A stretch of 64,000 bases of DNA from Takakia lepidozioides (Eukaryota > Plantae > Bryophyta), in contig CM060731.1 in NCBI GenBank assembly GCA_030704615.1, positions 38,192,001 through 38,256,000 of the forward strand, given 5' to 3'. The notes under the pieces were generated by a model that worked only from the letters and a program-made list of their open reading frames with translations, did no database searches and was not told where the DNA came from. Below are positions 62,192 to 64,000 of the stretch, in pieces (within the stretch, counting starts at the first letter, position 1; the number at the start of each line of letters is the position of its first letter). The position numbers and the translations under genes are program-made.

Positions 62192-64000
62192 GTGTCCTCT
62201 AGTTCTAAGTAGAGTAGATGTTCCACGTGGCGGCCATATCCACTGATTCGACCAAGGGCACCTCTGAAAAGTTTTGTCGTGATGTGAAATGCATGGCCCA
62301 CCGTTGTCCCTCTTCCCGAACTTCTTTTCACGCAGCTCTTCACTATCCATGGCTGATCACCAAGGGAACGTCTATCTACTTCCACTCGTGTCTGCAACAT
62401 CCACCCTTGCCTATGTGTCACTTTCATTGGAAAAGTGGGTGGAAGAAGGGGTGTCAGACGCTCTCTTCCACTGCCGCTCATGAGAAAAGGGCCTAACTGT
62501 CCAGCTTGCAACGCATATGGGCCACGTCATCAGGAATGGAGAGATCGACGTGGCGATCTGTGACTGGAAGGAGGCTCAAGGGCACCGGTCCGGCCCCGTC
62601 GCTGGCGGGTCTTTTTCCCTTCGTGATTTTATTGCTGTAAACCCCAGCGAGTAGGTACTGTGGCTGTGGATTCTGCGCTCCATCATGCCGTCGTGTTTGT
62701 TGCTTTTTGGCTCTTGCGTCTGCAAAGATAGCTGCTGATGCTTCTGTTTTCCCAGGGGACGCTGGGATTGTTACGGAAGCCGCATTTTGGTGAATATTCA
62801 AAATCTTGCAAGAGTTTTTGGAACTGTTGTGGACAAACGGCCTATATACAAAATTGCTTACAGATGAGGCCTGCCTGCGGGGGGAGATCGAGTGTGGGAA
62901 AACTACGACTACTTTTAACAAGTGGCGAGAGCACTGGTGAAGATGTTGAACCTTGTGATGGCTACTGGAATGTTTGCCCTAGAAGACAAGTCATTTCAAA
63001 TTGTATAAATTTTTTAGTGCAAGCGTGGCACGAACAACCTTGACTCGGTTCTGTAGGGAAACATTTTCCTCTGTATTGGTAGTGGTTCTGCCTTTGGAAA
63101 CCCCGTGTGTGAAGGAGGGCCCTCAGGAGTGAGATTACTTGCTAAAGTATCGGTACCTCAATACGGTACAATGGTGCTCACGTTTCCAGAGCAGCAGTCT
63201 TTTCTGGAAACAAAAATGCCTAGAAGGTCCAGAATGTCCAATGGAGCTCTTAATTTCAAGGAAAAGGAGCCCCGAGTGCAACCCCCTGACAAGAAACGGC
63301 TCCAGATATATCAGCACTATCAAGATTTTCGCGAATTTAACGCATTGGAGTAAGCTTCTTTCCGTAGTTGTTTTTCAATGGGCCCATTAGAGCCATCTTT
63401 ATGAGAAGAAGAAAAACAAGAGGAGGAAAATACAGTGTACAGGTCCAGTAGAGCAATGTTTTCAGTACCGACATGATCTACTTCCCATATAATTGGCTTC
63501 GGACAAGGGCAGAATCTGCGTGCCCTGGGGAACCGAAGGCAATACACGAGGTGCCCCCGTCCTTTAAGCTACCTATCCTGTGAGCTCGTACGTTATCATT
63601 GGCCTAATTATAACTAGTGTTCGGCTATTAAGAGCCTAGAAACAACTAAGGCTTAGTAGTTGAAAGGCATAAGATCCCCCTCAACACATAATGTGAGTAG
63701 AGACTTCGTTTCACCGACTCCGTCACAACTTGAACTGGATGGTTCCGCTCTCTTTCATGCCAATCTCAACTTTGGGCGGGCTTCAAATCAAAACAAACAT
63801 ACACTTCATCTGTTTGCTCATTGATCATATATATGTAGTGCTAAAGGTGGGAGTGGCTACAGTGCTGTATGTTGTTGACAAGGGGAGGGTTGGTGTAGGG
63901 ATTTCTATTGGTTTTATGCAGAATGGGACAAGATTAATGCTAGGTTTGTCAAAAGGTTCGGAAGGACGGTGCCAGAATTGTTAATAGAACTCCAGCACAT

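Noticed and set aside
62170-63984. Short ORFs at the right end as genes
   Set aside because: No recognisable domain or consistent exon chain could be supported.

Overview
Eukaryotic, intron-rich genomic DNA from a plant lineage with flagellated sperm. A bryophyte- or lycophyte-type genome is inferred from the IFT dynein, the plant-type TTC4 and FolD genes, and moss-like TE remnants. Positions 1-40.9 kb hold the 3' ~45 exons of an intact cytoplasmic dynein-2 (IFT) heavy-chain gene on the + strand. Its introns are packed with nested, 5'-truncated non-LTR retrotransposons of at least two families and with two copies of a ~360-bp miniature LTR retrotransposon (TRIM) whose LTRs are built around a near-complete tRNA cloverleaf, the most striking element in the window. 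A convergent TTC4/CNS1-like TPR gene (42.3-46.1 kb, - strand) has an AT-AC U12 intron and a GC-AG intron. The 47-64 kb region is accessory-like. It contains a degenerate ParB-like/possible methylase-like gene, an internally deleted FolD copy, a SWIM-finger remnant, an uncharacterised multi-pass membrane protein gene, and a TIR-bounded hAT-like relic holding a long hairpin. All calls were made by eye; no database searches were run.
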